Source: a virus. From it: 64,000 nucleotides of DNA. Below, piece by piece: positions 47,165 to 58,134 of the stretch. The stretch is taken from the IMG/VR virus record IMGVR_UViG_3300027513_000010; one strand, written 5' to 3'. A model generated the notes under the pieces. The model saw only the letters and a program-made list of their open reading frames with translations, was not told the origin of the DNA and did not search any database. The first letter of the stretch is position 1. Each line of letters starts with the position of its first letter. Both the position numbers and the translations under genes were made by a program.

Positions 47165-48897
47165 TGCCACCCCCTGTAATCGCCAACACGCTCGCCCGTC
47201 ATTGGGATGCCAGTGTCTTGTCGCTGGCAGATGGGGCCAGCATCACATCATGGGCTGATCTGATGGGCGGTGGCCCGGCAACTGCCGCAACCAGCGGTGG
47301 CCCTACCTTTGAGGTTGGCGATTCACCGTTGGGCGTTATGCCGGGAGTTCGTTTCGCTGGCACACAATCACTGACCGCTTCCACCGGGCCGACGTTGACC
47401 ACCTTCACCGTATTTATGGTGTTGCGTAATCCACCCAACGATGCAAGTCGTCACTCGATGGTGCCTCAGTCCAATGGTCACATCATTTTCAACGAGTGGG
47501 AGGGAACGGTAGGTAGGTGGATTTTCGGACTCAGTCAGTTCTCATTTCTTGAGTTCACCGATGCCACCTTGCTCGGTGCCTTCTGTCTCTGGACGGGGGT
47601 ATACGCCGGGCCAAACACCAAGCTCAGGGCCAATCAGGTGCAGCGGGCGACGGGCAACACCGGCCCCGGCCCCGGTTCAAACGTGGTTGGGTTTGGCAAC
47701 AACACCGGGGGAAACCCCGCTGATTTCACTGCCAATGAAGTTCTCATTTACGCCGGTGAGGTCTCGGCCTCTGACATTGACATCATCGAGGACTACCTCT
47801 ACGCCAAGTGGTTTCTACCGCCCGTTCCCGATGCCCCATCCGATTTGGTTGCCACGGCCACCGGCCCAACTTCCATCGATCTTGAGTGGGCTGATAACTC
47901 TGATGACGAGGACGGATTCAGAATCGAACAGGACGTGTCGGGGTCATGGGTCGAAGTGGACACGGTCGCTCCCGACGAGACCACCTTTACTGTGCCGGGG
48001 CTTGAGGTCGCTGTTTCTCACACCTTCCGAATAGTCGCTTTCAACGAGAATGGAGATTCCGACCCGTCCAATGAGGCGAGCGCTACTACCTCAGACCCGG
48101 TGCTACCGCCCGTTATTGCCAGCACCCTCATCCGAGATTGGGACGCTTCGCAATTGACCGGATATGCGGATGGGGCGAATGTCACGTCCTGGCCGTCATT
48201 GCTCGATGCCAGTCACACTCTTGAGGAACCGTCCAACGCTCCCGTTTTTGAAACTGTCTCACTCAACGACTTGCCGGGAGTCCGGTTTGATGGGAACTCG
48301 CGGCTAGGTCTTCTCGGGGCGTCGGCGGTTGGGCCGTCCACCTACTTTCTTGTGACCAAGAATCCACCGGCCTCGGGCTTAGTGCACAGCATCATCTCGT
48401 CACCAAGCTATCTGTGGCTTGGGAAGCAGGCTGTAGTAGCCGGGGATTGGTTCGTCGGTGTTTCCGATGCTGATGCAATGGAGTTCATCGATGCTTCCCT
48501 GGAAGATGAGTATTCCCTCTGGACGTTTCATCACAATGATCCTGGCGATGGTGAATCTCAAGTCGGTATAAACGGGCTGACAAGAGAGACCGGGGAGTAC
48601 GCCGGATTTACACCGAGTGGCAACTTCTACATAGGGCCGTACGAGTCAGAGGACAAATACAGCCAATTCACCATGTACGAATTGCTGGCTTACGACGGGA
48701 TGGTGTCGCCCGCGGACACTGACACCATCGAGGCCTATCTCATGGAGAAGTGGGGCATCACCCCGGCAGCACCACCGCCAGATGCTCCAACCTTTTTGTC
48801 TGTGACCGCTATTGATCTGACCACTATTGACTTGGCTTGGGTTGACAATTCCGACGATGAGACCGGATTCAGAATCGAAGTTTGGGTAGAGGACTGA
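47164..48897 (+). CDS. Minor tail protein with two LamG/ConA-like and FN3 domains
   Basis: Duplicated PPVIA...WDAS...W domains; FN3 PDAPSDL...WADNSDDEDGFRIE; ends part-way through a second FN3. Confidence 0.8.
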   Translation: MPPPVIANTLARHWDASVLSLADGASITSWADLMGGGPATAATSGGPTFEVGDSPLGVMPGVRFAGTQSLTASTGPTLTTFTVFMVLRNPPNDASRHSMVPQSNGHIIFNEWEGTVGRWIFGLSQFSFLEFTDATLLGAFCLWTGVYAGPNTKLRANQVQRATGNTGPGPGSNVVGFGNNTGGNPADFTANEVLIYAGEVSASDIDIIEDYLYAKWFLPPVPDAPSDLVATATGPTSIDLEWADNSDDEDGFRIEQDVSGSWVEVDTVAPDETTFTVPGLEVAVSHTFRIVAFNENGDSDPSNEASATTSDPVLPPVIASTLIRDWDASQLTGYADGANVTSWPSLLDASHTLEEPSNAPVFETVSLNDLPGVRFDGNSRLGLLGASAVGPSTYFLVTKNPPASGLVHSIISSPSYLWLGKQAVVAGDWFVGVSDADAMEFIDASLEDEYSLWTFHHNDPGDGESQVGINGLTRETGEYAGFTPSGNFYIGPYESEDKYSQFTMYELLAYDGMVSPADTDTIEAYLMEKWGITPAAPPPDAPTFLSVTAIDLTTIDLAWVDNSDDETGFRIEVWVED

Positions 48898-48899
48898 GC

Positions 48900-49961
48900 A
48901 TGAGTTGGGTAACGGTCGAAACCATTGGATCGAACTACACCTTCTACCAAGTCGAGAATCTTGAACCGGCTACCGAATACACGTTTCGTGTAATCGCTTT
49001 CAACGACAATGGCGACTCTGCGCCGACAAACGAAGTAACCGCCACCACTGAGACCCCGACTACCGGCATTCTCAGCGTTGACGCCAACTGCTACTTCGGG
49101 GGGTACGTCATTCGGGTGTCGGTGCTGGCGGGCAGCAACCCGGTCACGGTGTATCGGAGCGACGTGGTAACGAGCAGCTACGAGCCGGTGCGCGGGCTGA
49201 CCAATATCGCCGAGAGTACCGAGCGCCAAGTCGTGGATTACGAGGCTCCGCTCGACCACCCTCTCGTTTACTCGATGGTGGATGATGTCACCGGCGAGAC
49301 CATTGATGTCCTACCAACCCTCCCGCCCTTCCGAACTCAGTGTGGGTCGGACGCCACCTACGTTCGGTGGCTTCTCAATCCCGGCAACCTCACCAGCACT
49401 TTTTGCATCGCAGGCCCGTTGCAAGAGCGGTCGTTCGATCCGAGGGTCGGTGTCTTCACCGTCATTGGCCGTTCCGATCCGGTCGTGGTCATGGATGAGC
49501 AGTCCTCGGCTCGGGGCACGCTCCGGCTGATCGGTCGGACGACGGAAGAGGTCGAGGGCTTGCAGCGCATCTTCACCAAGAAAGCGCAGCCCACTCTTCT
49601 CAGCTTGCCCACCGATTACATGATCGGGAAAGAGGGCCAGTTGTATTTCCAACCACTGGAAGTACGAGAGGGATGGCTCAATCCTGATGGTCGGATTCCC
49701 TGGCACTACTTCTCCATTGACTATGTCGAGATTGCGCCACCGGCCTTTACGCAGCCGTTGGAGCGTCCTGGCATTCCCTTTGGGTTGGCCGAGGGCGGCG
49801 AGTCCGGCGACACCACCTACCCCGAAGGCGGCTGGATTATTTGGGAGACCGACCCACCCGATGGTGCCTTCCACGGCAATCCCGACGACCGTTGGACTTC
49901 GTTCAATCAGCTTCGCATCTCGGGCAAGACCTTCGGTGAGGCGTTGTTTGACACGCCATGA
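48900..49961 (+). CDS. Minor (distal-tail-like) protein beginning with half an FN3 domain
   Basis: SWVTVETIG...LEPATEYTFRVIAFNDNGDSAPTNE; later FTVIGRSDPVVVMD. Confidence 0.7.
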   Translation: MSWVTVETIGSNYTFYQVENLEPATEYTFRVIAFNDNGDSAPTNEVTATTETPTTGILSVDANCYFGGYVIRVSVLAGSNPVTVYRSDVVTSSYEPVRGLTNIAESTERQVVDYEAPLDHPLVYSMVDDVTGETIDVLPTLPPFRTQCGSDATYVRWLLNPGNLTSTFCIAGPLQERSFDPRVGVFTVIGRSDPVVVMDEQSSARGTLRLIGRTTEEVEGLQRIFTKKAQPTLLSLPTDYMIGKEGQLYFQPLEVREGWLNPDGRIPWHYFSIDYVEIAPPAFTQPLERPGIPFGLAEGGESGDTTYPEGGWIIWETDPPDGAFHGNPDDRWTSFNQLRISGKTFGEALFDTP

Positions 49962-51271
49962 GGTACGTCGAGCAGTACGTGAATCCCGACGAGATTCCCC
50001 GCATCAACGAATCGGTGCGTGGCACCCACAAGTCCGTTATCAAAGTGTGGGGCACGCAGTACGACCCGGCTCAGTGGAAGCTCCATCCGATGGTCGATCC
50101 GACCGGATGGACGGAGACCAAGTTCAAGGTCATCAGTGGGGAAGTCACCGAGACCTTGGGCGAGGCCATCACCCGAGAGCTTTCTCTGTCGGTCGCTTCT
50201 GATTATTGGGACGATCCTTTCGACATCTTGGTTGAGGCCACTCCCTACAAATCTCTGATCGCTGTCGCCCGAGGAATCGAGACTGTGAATGGCGAGCAGA
50301 TGCTTGTCCCGCTCGGGGTCTACCGGCTGCACTCGGTTTCAACTTCCGGTAATGCCGAGACTGGCTACGAGTTGGGGGTCACCGGGTACTCGATGGAGGC
50401 GGATATTCGGGAGGCTCGCTTTTTGAAAACTCCCATCGCTGGTGTGGCCCCCGGCGAGATTGGCGAGAACGTAATGCTCGGCATACTTCAGTACCTAGTC
50501 GAAGAGGCGTTCCCCAAATCCATCTCTGGCAACCTCGTTCCCTTCCGTGCCAACACCGGAGGCCAAGACCTCGACTACGTCTTCCCGCCGGGCAGTGTGC
50601 TCACCGATGACCGGGAGCGCCTCGATCTGATTTTGGAATATCAGGAGGCGAACGAAGTGTGGGGCCGCTTCGACCGGGACAATTCGTACGTCATTGACGA
50701 CATGCCGAGTCCGGCTGATGCTCCCATCGATTTTGTAATCAACGGTGACGAGGCCGGGGTGCTCATGCGATACGACATGGAGTTCACCCGAGAAGAGGTC
50801 TTTAACGCAGTGCTCGCCTTCGGGGAGTACGCCATCGGGAATTTGAAATTGCAGGCTTCGCATCTGGCGAAGGACATGGACGTGCTCTCACCGACCTATT
50901 GGGAGGGGCCGTTCGGCCAGGTGCCGATGTTCCATCGGGTGGAATTCCTGCCCAACAACACGGCGGGAGCCAACAACACCGTCATTCGGGTGGCGAACAA
51001 CCTTTTGCGGAGGCGGAAGGATTATCACTCGGCGGTCAATTTTGAAACTGTTCCAAATCCGCTCATCGAGGCGGGTGACGTGGTCGAGCTTCGCTATCCG
51101 GTCAATCCGACTCTGACATCAGGAGCCAGCGCCGGACAGGAGTTCCTTTCTGAATTTCACTTGATTCGCTCTATCACCATTGGACTCGGGGCTGACACCA
51201 GCTTCTCGGCTGAGACCGTGGCGAACGGTGAGACTTCCACGGTTTTGAAAAGACTGAGGGTGCCGGAGTGA
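49958..51271 (+). CDS. Minor tail / baseplate hub-like protein
   Basis: VPLGVYRL...DRERLD...EVFNAVLA...[12 protein letters not shown]...[11 protein letters not shown]. Confidence 0.75.
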   Translation: MRYVEQYVNPDEIPRINESVRGTHKSVIKVWGTQYDPAQWKLHPMVDPTGWTETKFKVISGEVTETLGEAITRELSLSVASDYWDDPFDILVEATPYKSLIAVARGIETVNGEQMLVPLGVYRLHSVSTSGNAETGYELGVTGYSMEADIREARFLKTPIAGVAPGEIGENVMLGILQYLVEEAFPKSISGNLVPFRANTGGQDLDYVFPPGSVLTDDRERLDLILEYQEANEVWGRFDRDNSYVIDDMPSPADAPIDFVINGDEAGVLMRYDMEFTREEVFNAVLAFGEYAIGNLKLQASHLAKDMDVLSPTYWEGPFGQVPMFHRVEFLPNNTAGANNTVIRVANNLLRRRKDYHSAVNFETVPNPLIEAGDVVELRYPVNPTLTSGASAGQEFLSEFHLIRSITIGLGADTSFSAETVANGETSTVLKRLRVPE

Positions 51272-54200
51272 TAACCCCGAAGGGCCGTCAAAAGCTCATT
51301 CGGGAGATTCAGACCCGAGATGCTCTGCGCTTCGGGGAAGACAAGCCGGTTCGGATGCAAGTCGGAACTGTGGTCTCGGTCGGGCCAACCGGGGCCAATA
51401 TCCAGCTTCAAGACCGAGAGATACGACAAGTCATCGTGCATGGGATTGTGAATCCCACCGAGAACGTCGTTGTCTTTTGGGCGGGACACACAGCCATTGC
51501 TATCGGGGAGCCGCCCGAGGGCGGCGGCGGTGACGGAGAATTTCTGCCTCTTGTTGGCGGCACGTTGACCGGCCCGCTCTATCTTCCTGCTCCCAATCCC
51601 ACCAACCCGTCTGAGGCGGCGCACAAGGGCTACGTGGATAGCCGGGTCTCTTTGGTGGTCTCTTCCCATCATGTGGTGCAATCAACCGCTCCGACCGCAC
51701 CACCGGATGGTGCTCTCTGGACGAACCCCACCACCGAAGTAACCCAAATTTGGGACGCAGATAATGCAGAGTGGATCGAAGTGGGGGGTAGCGATGGTGC
51801 CTTCCTCCCCCTTGCCGGTGGCACCATGCTCGGCGACCTCATTCTCAATGAGTCACCTACCGCTGGCTCGCCACCATTGCAGGCGGCAACGTGGCAGAAC
51901 ATCGGAGACCTCTACACCTACATCGATTCCGAGGTTGGAGATGTCGCCGATGACCTAGCGCTCTATCTCCCGCTGACCGGCGGGACTCTGACCGGAGCGC
52001 TCAATCTTGCTGGCGATCCGCTGTTCCCCGACGAGGCGGCGAACAAGCATTACGTCGATAGTCAGATCGGTGCAATTGAACTCACCCCCGGCCCCGAGGG
52101 GCCGCAAGGCGATCCAGGGCCAATCGGCCCCGAAGGGCCAGTAGGAGCCACCGGCCCCGCAGGAGTGGAAGGCCCACCAGGGCCACAGGGTGAGGAAGGC
52201 GAGCAGGGGCCAATAGGTATCACCGGCCCGCCAGGAGACACCGGAGCCACCGGAGCAACCGGAGCGACGGGAGCGACCGGCCCGCAAGGGCCAGTCGGCC
52301 CCGAGGGGCCAATCGGAGCTACCGGCCCTGCCGGGCCACAAGGTGAAGAGGGAATTCAAGGGCCAGCGGGAACACCAGGCGCTACCGGGCCGACCGGAGC
52401 AACTGGCCCGACCGGAGCTACCGGCGATCCAGGGCCAGCGGGAGCAGATGGAGCTACCGGCGCTACCGGCCCGAAGGGAGATCAAGGCGACCCCGGCCCA
52501 ACCGGAGCCACCGGCGCTACCGGGGCAGAAGGGCCGCAAGGCGATCCCGGCCCGACCGGTGCGACCGGAGCAACCGGCCCACAGGGTGATCCCGGTGCTA
52601 CCGGCGCGACCGGCTCTACTGGCCCTCAAGGTGATCCAGGGCCAGAAGGCCCAATAGGGCCAACCGGCCCGACCGGGGCAACCGGCCCCGCCGGTACCAG
52701 CGTCACCATTGAGGGCACCGACACTTGGCCCAACATCGATGCCATCCCGTCGCCCGACACCGGCGACATGTGGATTCTCTCGGCAACCGACACCACTGCC
52801 CCCGACCGTCCCGGCCCGATAACCGGAGGATTGGCCGGTGACGGGGTCATGTGGGACGGGACTCAATGGGTCAACGTCGGGCCGATTCGTGGGCCAGAAG
52901 GCCCGCAAGGTGCCACTGGCGCAACCGGAGCTACCGGCCCTCAAGGTGACGTTGGGCCTGCCGGAGCCACCGGAGCCACCGGAGCCACCGGCGCGACCGG
53001 AGCGCAAGGCCCACAAGGTGAGATTGGCCCCGAAGGGCCGCAAGGTGAGATTGGCCCCGAGGGGCCACAAGGTGATGTCGGTGCCGAAGGCCCGCAAGGG
53101 CCAGTGGGAGCTACCGGCTCAACGGGAGCAACCGGCGCTGATGGGGCGGAAGGCCCGCAAGGTTTGGAGGGGCCAGCGGGTGCCGAAGGCCCACCAGGGC
53201 CGGAAGGCCCACAAGGGCCACCGGGAATTGACGCTGCGCCGCATGTTGTCGATGCAACCGAGCCAGTGTCACCAGCCGATGGAATGTTGTGGGTCGATCC
53301 CGACACCGGAACCTATCGGGTGTGGGACGAGGACAACTTGCAGTGGGTCGAGGTCTCGGGTTCGGGAAGTGAGGCTCTTCATGCTGTCGGAGACCCAAGC
53401 GAGAAACCAGCCGATCCACCCGACACCTTCATTTGGGTTGATACCGATGACGAATCTCTAGGTGGCGATCTTCCATCCGGTGACGCTCAAATATGGGACG
53501 CTGACAATGGCGACTGGCTCAATATCGGCGACCGGCATCTCATTCAAAACACCGAGCCGGTCTTACCGCCGGATCGTTTGATTTGGACGAATCCCGATGA
53601 GAACCTCGCGCCGGAGGCGGCATTGCTTCCGCTTGGTGTGGTGCTTCCGTATGCCGGTCTGACCGCGCCAGCCGGATTCTTGCTCTGTGACGGAGCGCCC
53701 TATTCGCGAACCGGTTACGCCGGTCTGTTTTCACAAATCGGAACCACCTTCGGAGCAGGCGACGGGACAACCACCTTCAACGTGCCGGATATGAGAGGCA
53801 GATTCCCCATAGGGCTTGGCACGCTCGACACGGACACCTATGGGATGGGTGCGGTTGGCGGTGAAGCTCGTCACGTCTTGCAGCCGGGGGAAGGGCCAAT
53901 TCACACTCACACTGTCAACCCGCCGAGCACGACATCTGGCGGTCGCTCGGTAAGCCACACTCACAACATCGACCCGCCAACCACCGCATCGGGAGGCAAG
54001 GATGCCAACCACGATCATGTTGTCACGCTGAACACGTCGTCCCGCCCGACCGCTTCCGGTGCTCACGGTCACACCCAGGAGACACGCCTCGCCACCGGAT
54101 CGGGAGCGACCGGAACCGATCAGACAATGGGTGTCACCAGCGCATCCGACACCGGCCAGCCTCACATTCACAACGTCAACATTCCGGCCTTCGATTCTGG

Positions 54201-54339
54201 TGGAGATACGCCTAGCCACACTCACAGCATCGACATCGCTCAGTTCAACACCGGTTCCACTCCCGCCGCTACGACGGCTCACGAGAACCGCCCGCCTTAC
54301 CTCGGGTTGAATTTCATCATCAAGGCAACCTCGGGGTGA
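51268..54339 (+). CDS. Long tail fibre: collagen-like G-X-Y repeats plus tail collar domain
   Basis: Extended GAT/GPQ/GPE triplets at about 52090-53225; [11 protein letters not shown]...LCDG...[12 protein letters not shown]; terminal [15 protein letters not shown]. Confidence 0.9.
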   Translation: MITPKGRQKLIREIQTRDALRFGEDKPVRMQVGTVVSVGPTGANIQLQDREIRQVIVHGIVNPTENVVVFWAGHTAIAIGEPPEGGGGDGEFLPLVGGTLTGPLYLPAPNPTNPSEAAHKGYVDSRVSLVVSSHHVVQSTAPTAPPDGALWTNPTTEVTQIWDADNAEWIEVGGSDGAFLPLAGGTMLGDLILNESPTAGSPPLQAATWQNIGDLYTYIDSEVGDVADDLALYLPLTGGTLTGALNLAGDPLFPDEAANKHYVDSQIGAIELTPGPEGPQGDPGPIGPEGPVGATGPAGVEGPPGPQGEEGEQGPIGITGPPGDTGATGATGATGATGPQGPVGPEGPIGATGPAGPQGEEGIQGPAGTPGATGPTGATGPTGATGDPGPAGADGATGATGPKGDQGDPGPTGATGATGAEGPQGDPGPTGATGATGPQGDPGATGATGSTGPQGDPGPEGPIGPTGPTGATGPAGTSVTIEGTDTWPNIDAIPSPDTGDMWILSATDTTAPDRPGPITGGLAGDGVMWDGTQWVNVGPIRGPEGPQGATGATGATGPQGDVGPAGATGATGATGATGAQGPQGEIGPEGPQGEIGPEGPQGDVGAEGPQGPVGATGSTGATGADGAEGPQGLEGPAGAEGPPGPEGPQGPPGIDAAPHVVDATEPVSPADGMLWVDPDTGTYRVWDEDNLQWVEVSGSGSEALHAVGDPSEKPADPPDTFIWVDTDDESLGGDLPSGDAQIWDADNGDWLNIGDRHLIQNTEPVLPPDRLIWTNPDENLAPEAALLPLGVVLPYAGLTAPAGFLLCDGAPYSRTGYAGLFSQIGTTFGAGDGTTTFNVPDMRGRFPIGLGTLDTDTYGMGAVGGEARHVLQPGEGPIHTHTVNPPSTTSGGRSVSHTHNIDPPTTASGGKDANHDHVVTLNTSSRPTASGAHGHTQETRLATGSGATGTDQTMGVTSASDTGQPHIHNVNIPAFDSGGDTPSHTHSIDIAQFNTGSTPAATTAHENRPPYLGLNFIIKATSG

Positions 54340-54344
54340 TGTAG

Positions 54345-55361
54345 ATGGCAGTCACCAGGGTTTGGAGTGAGTCCGAAGGCGATTGGATTCTGATTGCCGG
54401 AACGGTCGATGTCGGCGGGGTGCCAGTCGATGCTGAACTCTTCGTGTCTATCGATGGCGACACGATGGAGGGGCCGCTCATTCTTGAGGCTGACCCCATC
54501 GCCCCTCTGGAAGCAGCGACCAAGCAGTATGTCGATGCGATGGGCGGTGGCGGGGCCGGAGGGGTGCCAATCGGAACCATCCTTCCTTACGGTGGCTCTG
54601 CCGCTCCGACTGGATTCTTTCTCTGTGATGGGTCACTCAAGGATCGGACAACCTATGCCGAGCTTTTCGCCGTCATAGGAACGTCTTACGGAGCGGGTGA
54701 CGGCACTACCTCTTTCAATATTCCCGATTTGATTCGTCGGTTCCCGTTGGGAGCAGGCACAACTTCTGATGCACCCCGAGCAGGAACCAGCGCTCCCGGT
54801 GCGAGTGGCGGAAACATCAACCACACGCACGACGGGCCATCCCACACGCACACCGGCCCGAGCCACACTCACACCGGCCCGAGCCACACGCACGATCTTG
54901 GAAACTCGGCATCGAGTGGCGGCGGCGGGGCGACTTCATCAGGCGGTGCTCACTCTCACTCGGTTGGCGACACTGATGCTCGCGGCGGTCACGATCACAC
55001 TTTCTCTGATACCGGCACGGATTCGTTCTCGACTGGCGGGCCTTCGGCAACAACTCTTCACGAATCTGGCCCCATTTCAGGAGCAAGCTCAGGGCATGGT
55101 CACTCCGGTTCGGTGTCAATCAGCATTAGTGGGACGACGAGCGCAGCCGCCAACCACACGCATAATGTCGGTGGAACCAGCGCATCAGCTACTCATACTC
55201 ACACAATTCCTCACCACACTCACGACTTGGGATCATCGGTGGCAGCGGGAACCGGGGCTACCGGGGCGTCGGGAACCGGGGCGACCGGGGCATCGGGAAC
55301 CGGGGATACCAGCACAGCTAATCCGCCGTACCAAGTGGTCAATTACATGATTAAATATTGA
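54345..55361 (+). CDS. Second tail-collar fibre protein with HxH repeats
   Basis: PIGTILPYGGSAAPTGFFLCDGS...FNIPDL; HTHTGPS repeats; NPPYQVVNYMIKY. Confidence 0.85.
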   Translation: MAVTRVWSESEGDWILIAGTVDVGGVPVDAELFVSIDGDTMEGPLILEADPIAPLEAATKQYVDAMGGGGAGGVPIGTILPYGGSAAPTGFFLCDGSLKDRTTYAELFAVIGTSYGAGDGTTSFNIPDLIRRFPLGAGTTSDAPRAGTSAPGASGGNINHTHDGPSHTHTGPSHTHTGPSHTHDLGNSASSGGGGATSSGGAHSHSVGDTDARGGHDHTFSDTGTDSFSTGGPSATTLHESGPISGASSGHGHSGSVSISISGTTSAAANHTHNVGGTSASATHTHTIPHHTHDLGSSVAAGTGATGASGTGATGASGTGDTSTANPPYQVVNYMIKY

Positions 55362-55371
55362 GAGGCCAGAC

Positions 55372-55563
55372 ATGCTATTGAAACGACGAAAGACTGAGAC
55401 CGAGAACACCATTGACCCCGAGCAATTGCTGACATGGATTTCGGGACTGCTTGCCGGTTGTCCTGATTGCACCGAGGATGCACGGAGTTGGGCCGAAAAG
55501 GTTGACCTCACTCACAACGCACCCGAGCCAGAGTCAGAGAGTAAGGTCGCTCCATCTGAGTAG
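55372..55563 (+). CDS. Small hypothetical protein
   Basis: GAGAGG RBS; 63 aa. Confidence 0.55.
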   Translation: MLLKRRKTETENTIDPEQLLTWISGLLAGCPDCTEDARSWAEKVDLTHNAPEPESESKVAPSE

Positions 55564-55577
55564 GAGGGAAGCGGGCA

Positions 55578-55667
55578 ATGACCATCAACCTCGACGTGAT
55601 TCTCAAGATTGCGCTTTTGGTTCTCGTCGTCCTGGGAATCATCTGGCTTGCAGCCACCATCTGGTAA
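55578..55667 (+). CDS. Small membrane peptide (29 aa)
   Basis: GGAGGG RBS; MTINLDVILKIALLVLVVLGIIWLAATIW. Confidence 0.55.
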   Translation: MTINLDVILKIALLVLVVLGIIWLAATIW

Positions 55668-55768
55668 CCCGTCGCTCGTCTTCGTGTGACTATGCTCCCA
55701 CGAAGTTTCTAGACCCTGAACTGATCTGACGGCACGACACAACGTCGAAAGGGAGTTCGGGGTCGAAC

Positions 55769-56512
55769 ATGGTGCTATTGCTCAATCAGTCCGTAGATGC
55801 GCCGGACATCTTCGGTACCAAGCACAACCTTCTGGACACCGGGAATCGACCGGGCAGTGATGGGCGGTGGGAAGAGGGAGTCGTCTTCGTTCCGCAGGGT
55901 TGCTTCGATGTCAATGTCGAAGAGGCCAACTGCCCGCCCGCTGAGAAGTCAGCCGATTTTCAAGATTGCCCCGATGCGGTGTCATTCGTTCCTTTCGTGA
56001 TCGAGTTCGGAGTGCAATTCATCGGCCACGAGATAACCGAGGCGGTTGAACGGGAACTCGACATCAAGACTTCCGCCGCCATCGAAGAGGCGATATGGGG
56101 AGGGACAGCAACTTCCCCGACCAATCCCAAGCTCTCGGATGGCGTTGCTACCGGCGGCACCGCCGCCAACTCACGAGAGGCGATGGCCCGGTTGGAGGCC
56201 AAGCTGATCGCAGATGGGATGCAGGGCGGGACAATCCACATGTCGGCCTATGACGCAGTCCTGGCCGAAGGTGCGATGACCGAGAAGGACGGCAAGCTCT
56301 ACTCATCCGTCACCGGCAACCCCGTCGTGGTTGGGAACTATCCGGCTGGTCAGATGGCAATACACGGTGGCGAAATCGATGTGTATGTGTCAGAGGAATT
56401 CACCACTTCCAGCTACGAAGAGTTGCTGTCGAACACCCTGCTCTACAAGGTCGAACGGCTGGCTCTCGCTGTCTGGAACCCCTGTTACGTATTCACGCAA
56501 TCGGTGACATGA
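55769..56512 (+). CDS. Major capsid pentamer protein
   Basis: RWEEGVVF...FVPFVIE...AAIEEAIWGG...AMARLE...GNPVVVGNY...VERLALAVWNPC. Confidence 0.75.
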   Translation: MVLLLNQSVDAPDIFGTKHNLLDTGNRPGSDGRWEEGVVFVPQGCFDVNVEEANCPPAEKSADFQDCPDAVSFVPFVIEFGVQFIGHEITEAVERELDIKTSAAIEEAIWGGTATSPTNPKLSDGVATGGTAANSREAMARLEAKLIADGMQGGTIHMSAYDAVLAEGAMTEKDGKLYSSVTGNPVVVGNYPAGQMAIHGGEIDVYVSEEFTTSSYEELLSNTLLYKVERLALAVWNPCYVFTQSVT

Positions 56513-58134
56513 GGTTTTTTGAGGATGATGGTGGGCGGCAACAAGCACCGCCATTCAATTCCCCACGGTCGTTCTCGGCCTCAGCCAAGAAGATCGACCT
56601 CACCAAACGTAACGAAGAGACCCACAAGCCCGAGGCCTGGCAGACGGCGGCGTGGTCGTTCTACGACTCCATCGGCGAGCTTCACTTTGCGTTCAATCTG
56701 ATCGGGCAAATTCTTTCTCAGATCAGGCTCTACGCCGCCATCGTGGATGACCCTGAATCTGCGCCGGTGCGATCCAGTCTCTTTTTGGAAGAGTTTGCAA
56801 GAGAGCACGAGGTCTGGCCGGACAACACCGCCGAGTTGGTCTCGGCGGCAGACAAGGTGCTCTACGACCTATTGGTGAACTCGCCGGGAATGGGTTCGGG
56901 ACTGCTTCGTGAACTCGGGATCAATCTCTCGGTCTCCGGCGAGTGTTACTTGGTTCGCGAAAAGCAATGGACGATTGCCTCGACCGACGAGTTGAAATCC
57001 AACGGGGCGGGTCAGGGCTACACCATTCAACGTAGCCGGAAGACCTCGACGGTCACGGCGAGCAAGGATGACAAGCTCCCCGACAACACCTTCGTCGCCC
57101 GTATCTGGCGCTCCCATCCTCGCTTCTCATCCGACGCTGACTCGTCCATGATCGGTGTGCTTGACTCGTGCGAGCAACTGACCTTGCTCACGCAGGCCAT
57201 CCGAATGATGACTCGGTCTCGGATGAACGCCGGAGTCATCTTCGTGCCGGACGGCCTCTCCGCTGGCATCGATGACGACAACCCGCAGAGCATCGAAGAC
57301 GCTCTGATTCAGGCGGCGGTCTCCCCGTTGGAGGAAGAGTCAGCGGCGACTTCGGTGGTGCCATTGATCCTCACCGGCCCGGCTGCGCTCGGTAAGGAAT
57401 TGAAAAAGATCGACTTGGGCCGTCCCGTAGACGAGCAAATGGTTCAGCTTGCCGAGGCAACTCTTGACCGGGTTTTGCAGGGGATTGACATTCCAAAGAA
57501 CGTGGTGCAGGGCTTGAGCGATGTCAAGTTCTCCAACGCCATCATCATTGACGACAATCTCTACAAGGCCCACATCGAGCCGCTGGCCTTGATGATCGTG
57601 GATGCTCTCACCACGGTCTACTTCCGACCGGCGCTGAAAAAGCTCCATCCCCAAGAGGATGAGACCCTTATCAATCGATTGGTGATTTGGTTCGATCCAT
57701 CTGACATTGTCACCCGACCCGACAAGAGCACCGCGGCCAATGAGGGCTTTGACCGGAACATCATCTCGTACCAGGCGTGGCGGTCGGCTCGGGGCTTCAC
57801 CGATTACGACAAACCGACCGATGACGAGCTTCTCACTCGCATGGCTTTGGAGCGGACACAGATTCCTCCCGACATTGCCGCTGCTCTCATCGAGAGGCTC
57901 AATCCCGAATACTTCGCTTCTCTTCGGCAAGCCGGGCAGGAAGAGGCCGGTATCCCCGACGACATCTCGTCACTGCTTGAGGGCGGTGGCGGGGAGGGAA
58001 GCGGGATGGACGAACTCGGGGCGATGTTCAGATCAGAGACCAACCCAGCCGGTGGCCGCACACCACCGGACGAAGCCATGCAGGGCGGTGAGGTTCAGCC
58101 GGGAGGCAATCTGCCGCCGAGGGAGCAGCCATGA
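56509..58134 (+). CDS. Portal protein
   Basis: WQTAAWSFYDSIGELHF...RIWRSHPR...SRMNAGVIFVP...VVPLILTGP; 541 aa. Confidence 0.85.
   Translation: MRFFEDDGGRQQAPPFNSPRSFSASAKKIDLTKRNEETHKPEAWQTAAWSFYDSIGELHFAFNLIGQILSQIRLYAAIVDDPESAPVRSSLFLEEFAREHEVWPDNTAELVSAADKVLYDLLVNSPGMGSGLLRELGINLSVSGECYLVREKQWTIASTDELKSNGAGQGYTIQRSRKTSTVTASKDDKLPDNTFVARIWRSHPRFSSDADSSMIGVLDSCEQLTLLTQAIRMMTRSRMNAGVIFVPDGLSAGIDDDNPQSIEDALIQAAVSPLEEESAATSVVPLILTGPAALGKELKKIDLGRPVDEQMVQLAEATLDRVLQGIDIPKNVVQGLSDVKFSNAIIIDDNLYKAHIEPLALMIVDALTTVYFRPALKKLHPQEDETLINRLVIWFDPSDIVTRPDKSTAANEGFDRNIISYQAWRSARGFTDYDKPTDDELLTRMALERTQIPPDIAAALIERLNPEYFASLRQAGQEEAGIPDDISSLLEGGGGEGSGMDELGAMFRSETNPAGGRTPPDEAMQGGEVQPGGNLPPREQP

Noticed and set aside
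48895-48897. Stop-codon recoding (TGA read-through)
   Set aside because: The FN3 continuation is in a different frame, and all other recognisable genes are full length under the standard code
51955-53461. Long antisense and alternative-frame ORFs over the collagen repeats
   Set aside because: Shadows of GC-rich G-X-Y codon repeats; no RBS or domain signal
51268-55361. Diversity-generating retroelement acting on the fibres
   Set aside because: No reverse transcriptase and no template/variable repeat pair differing at adenines was seen
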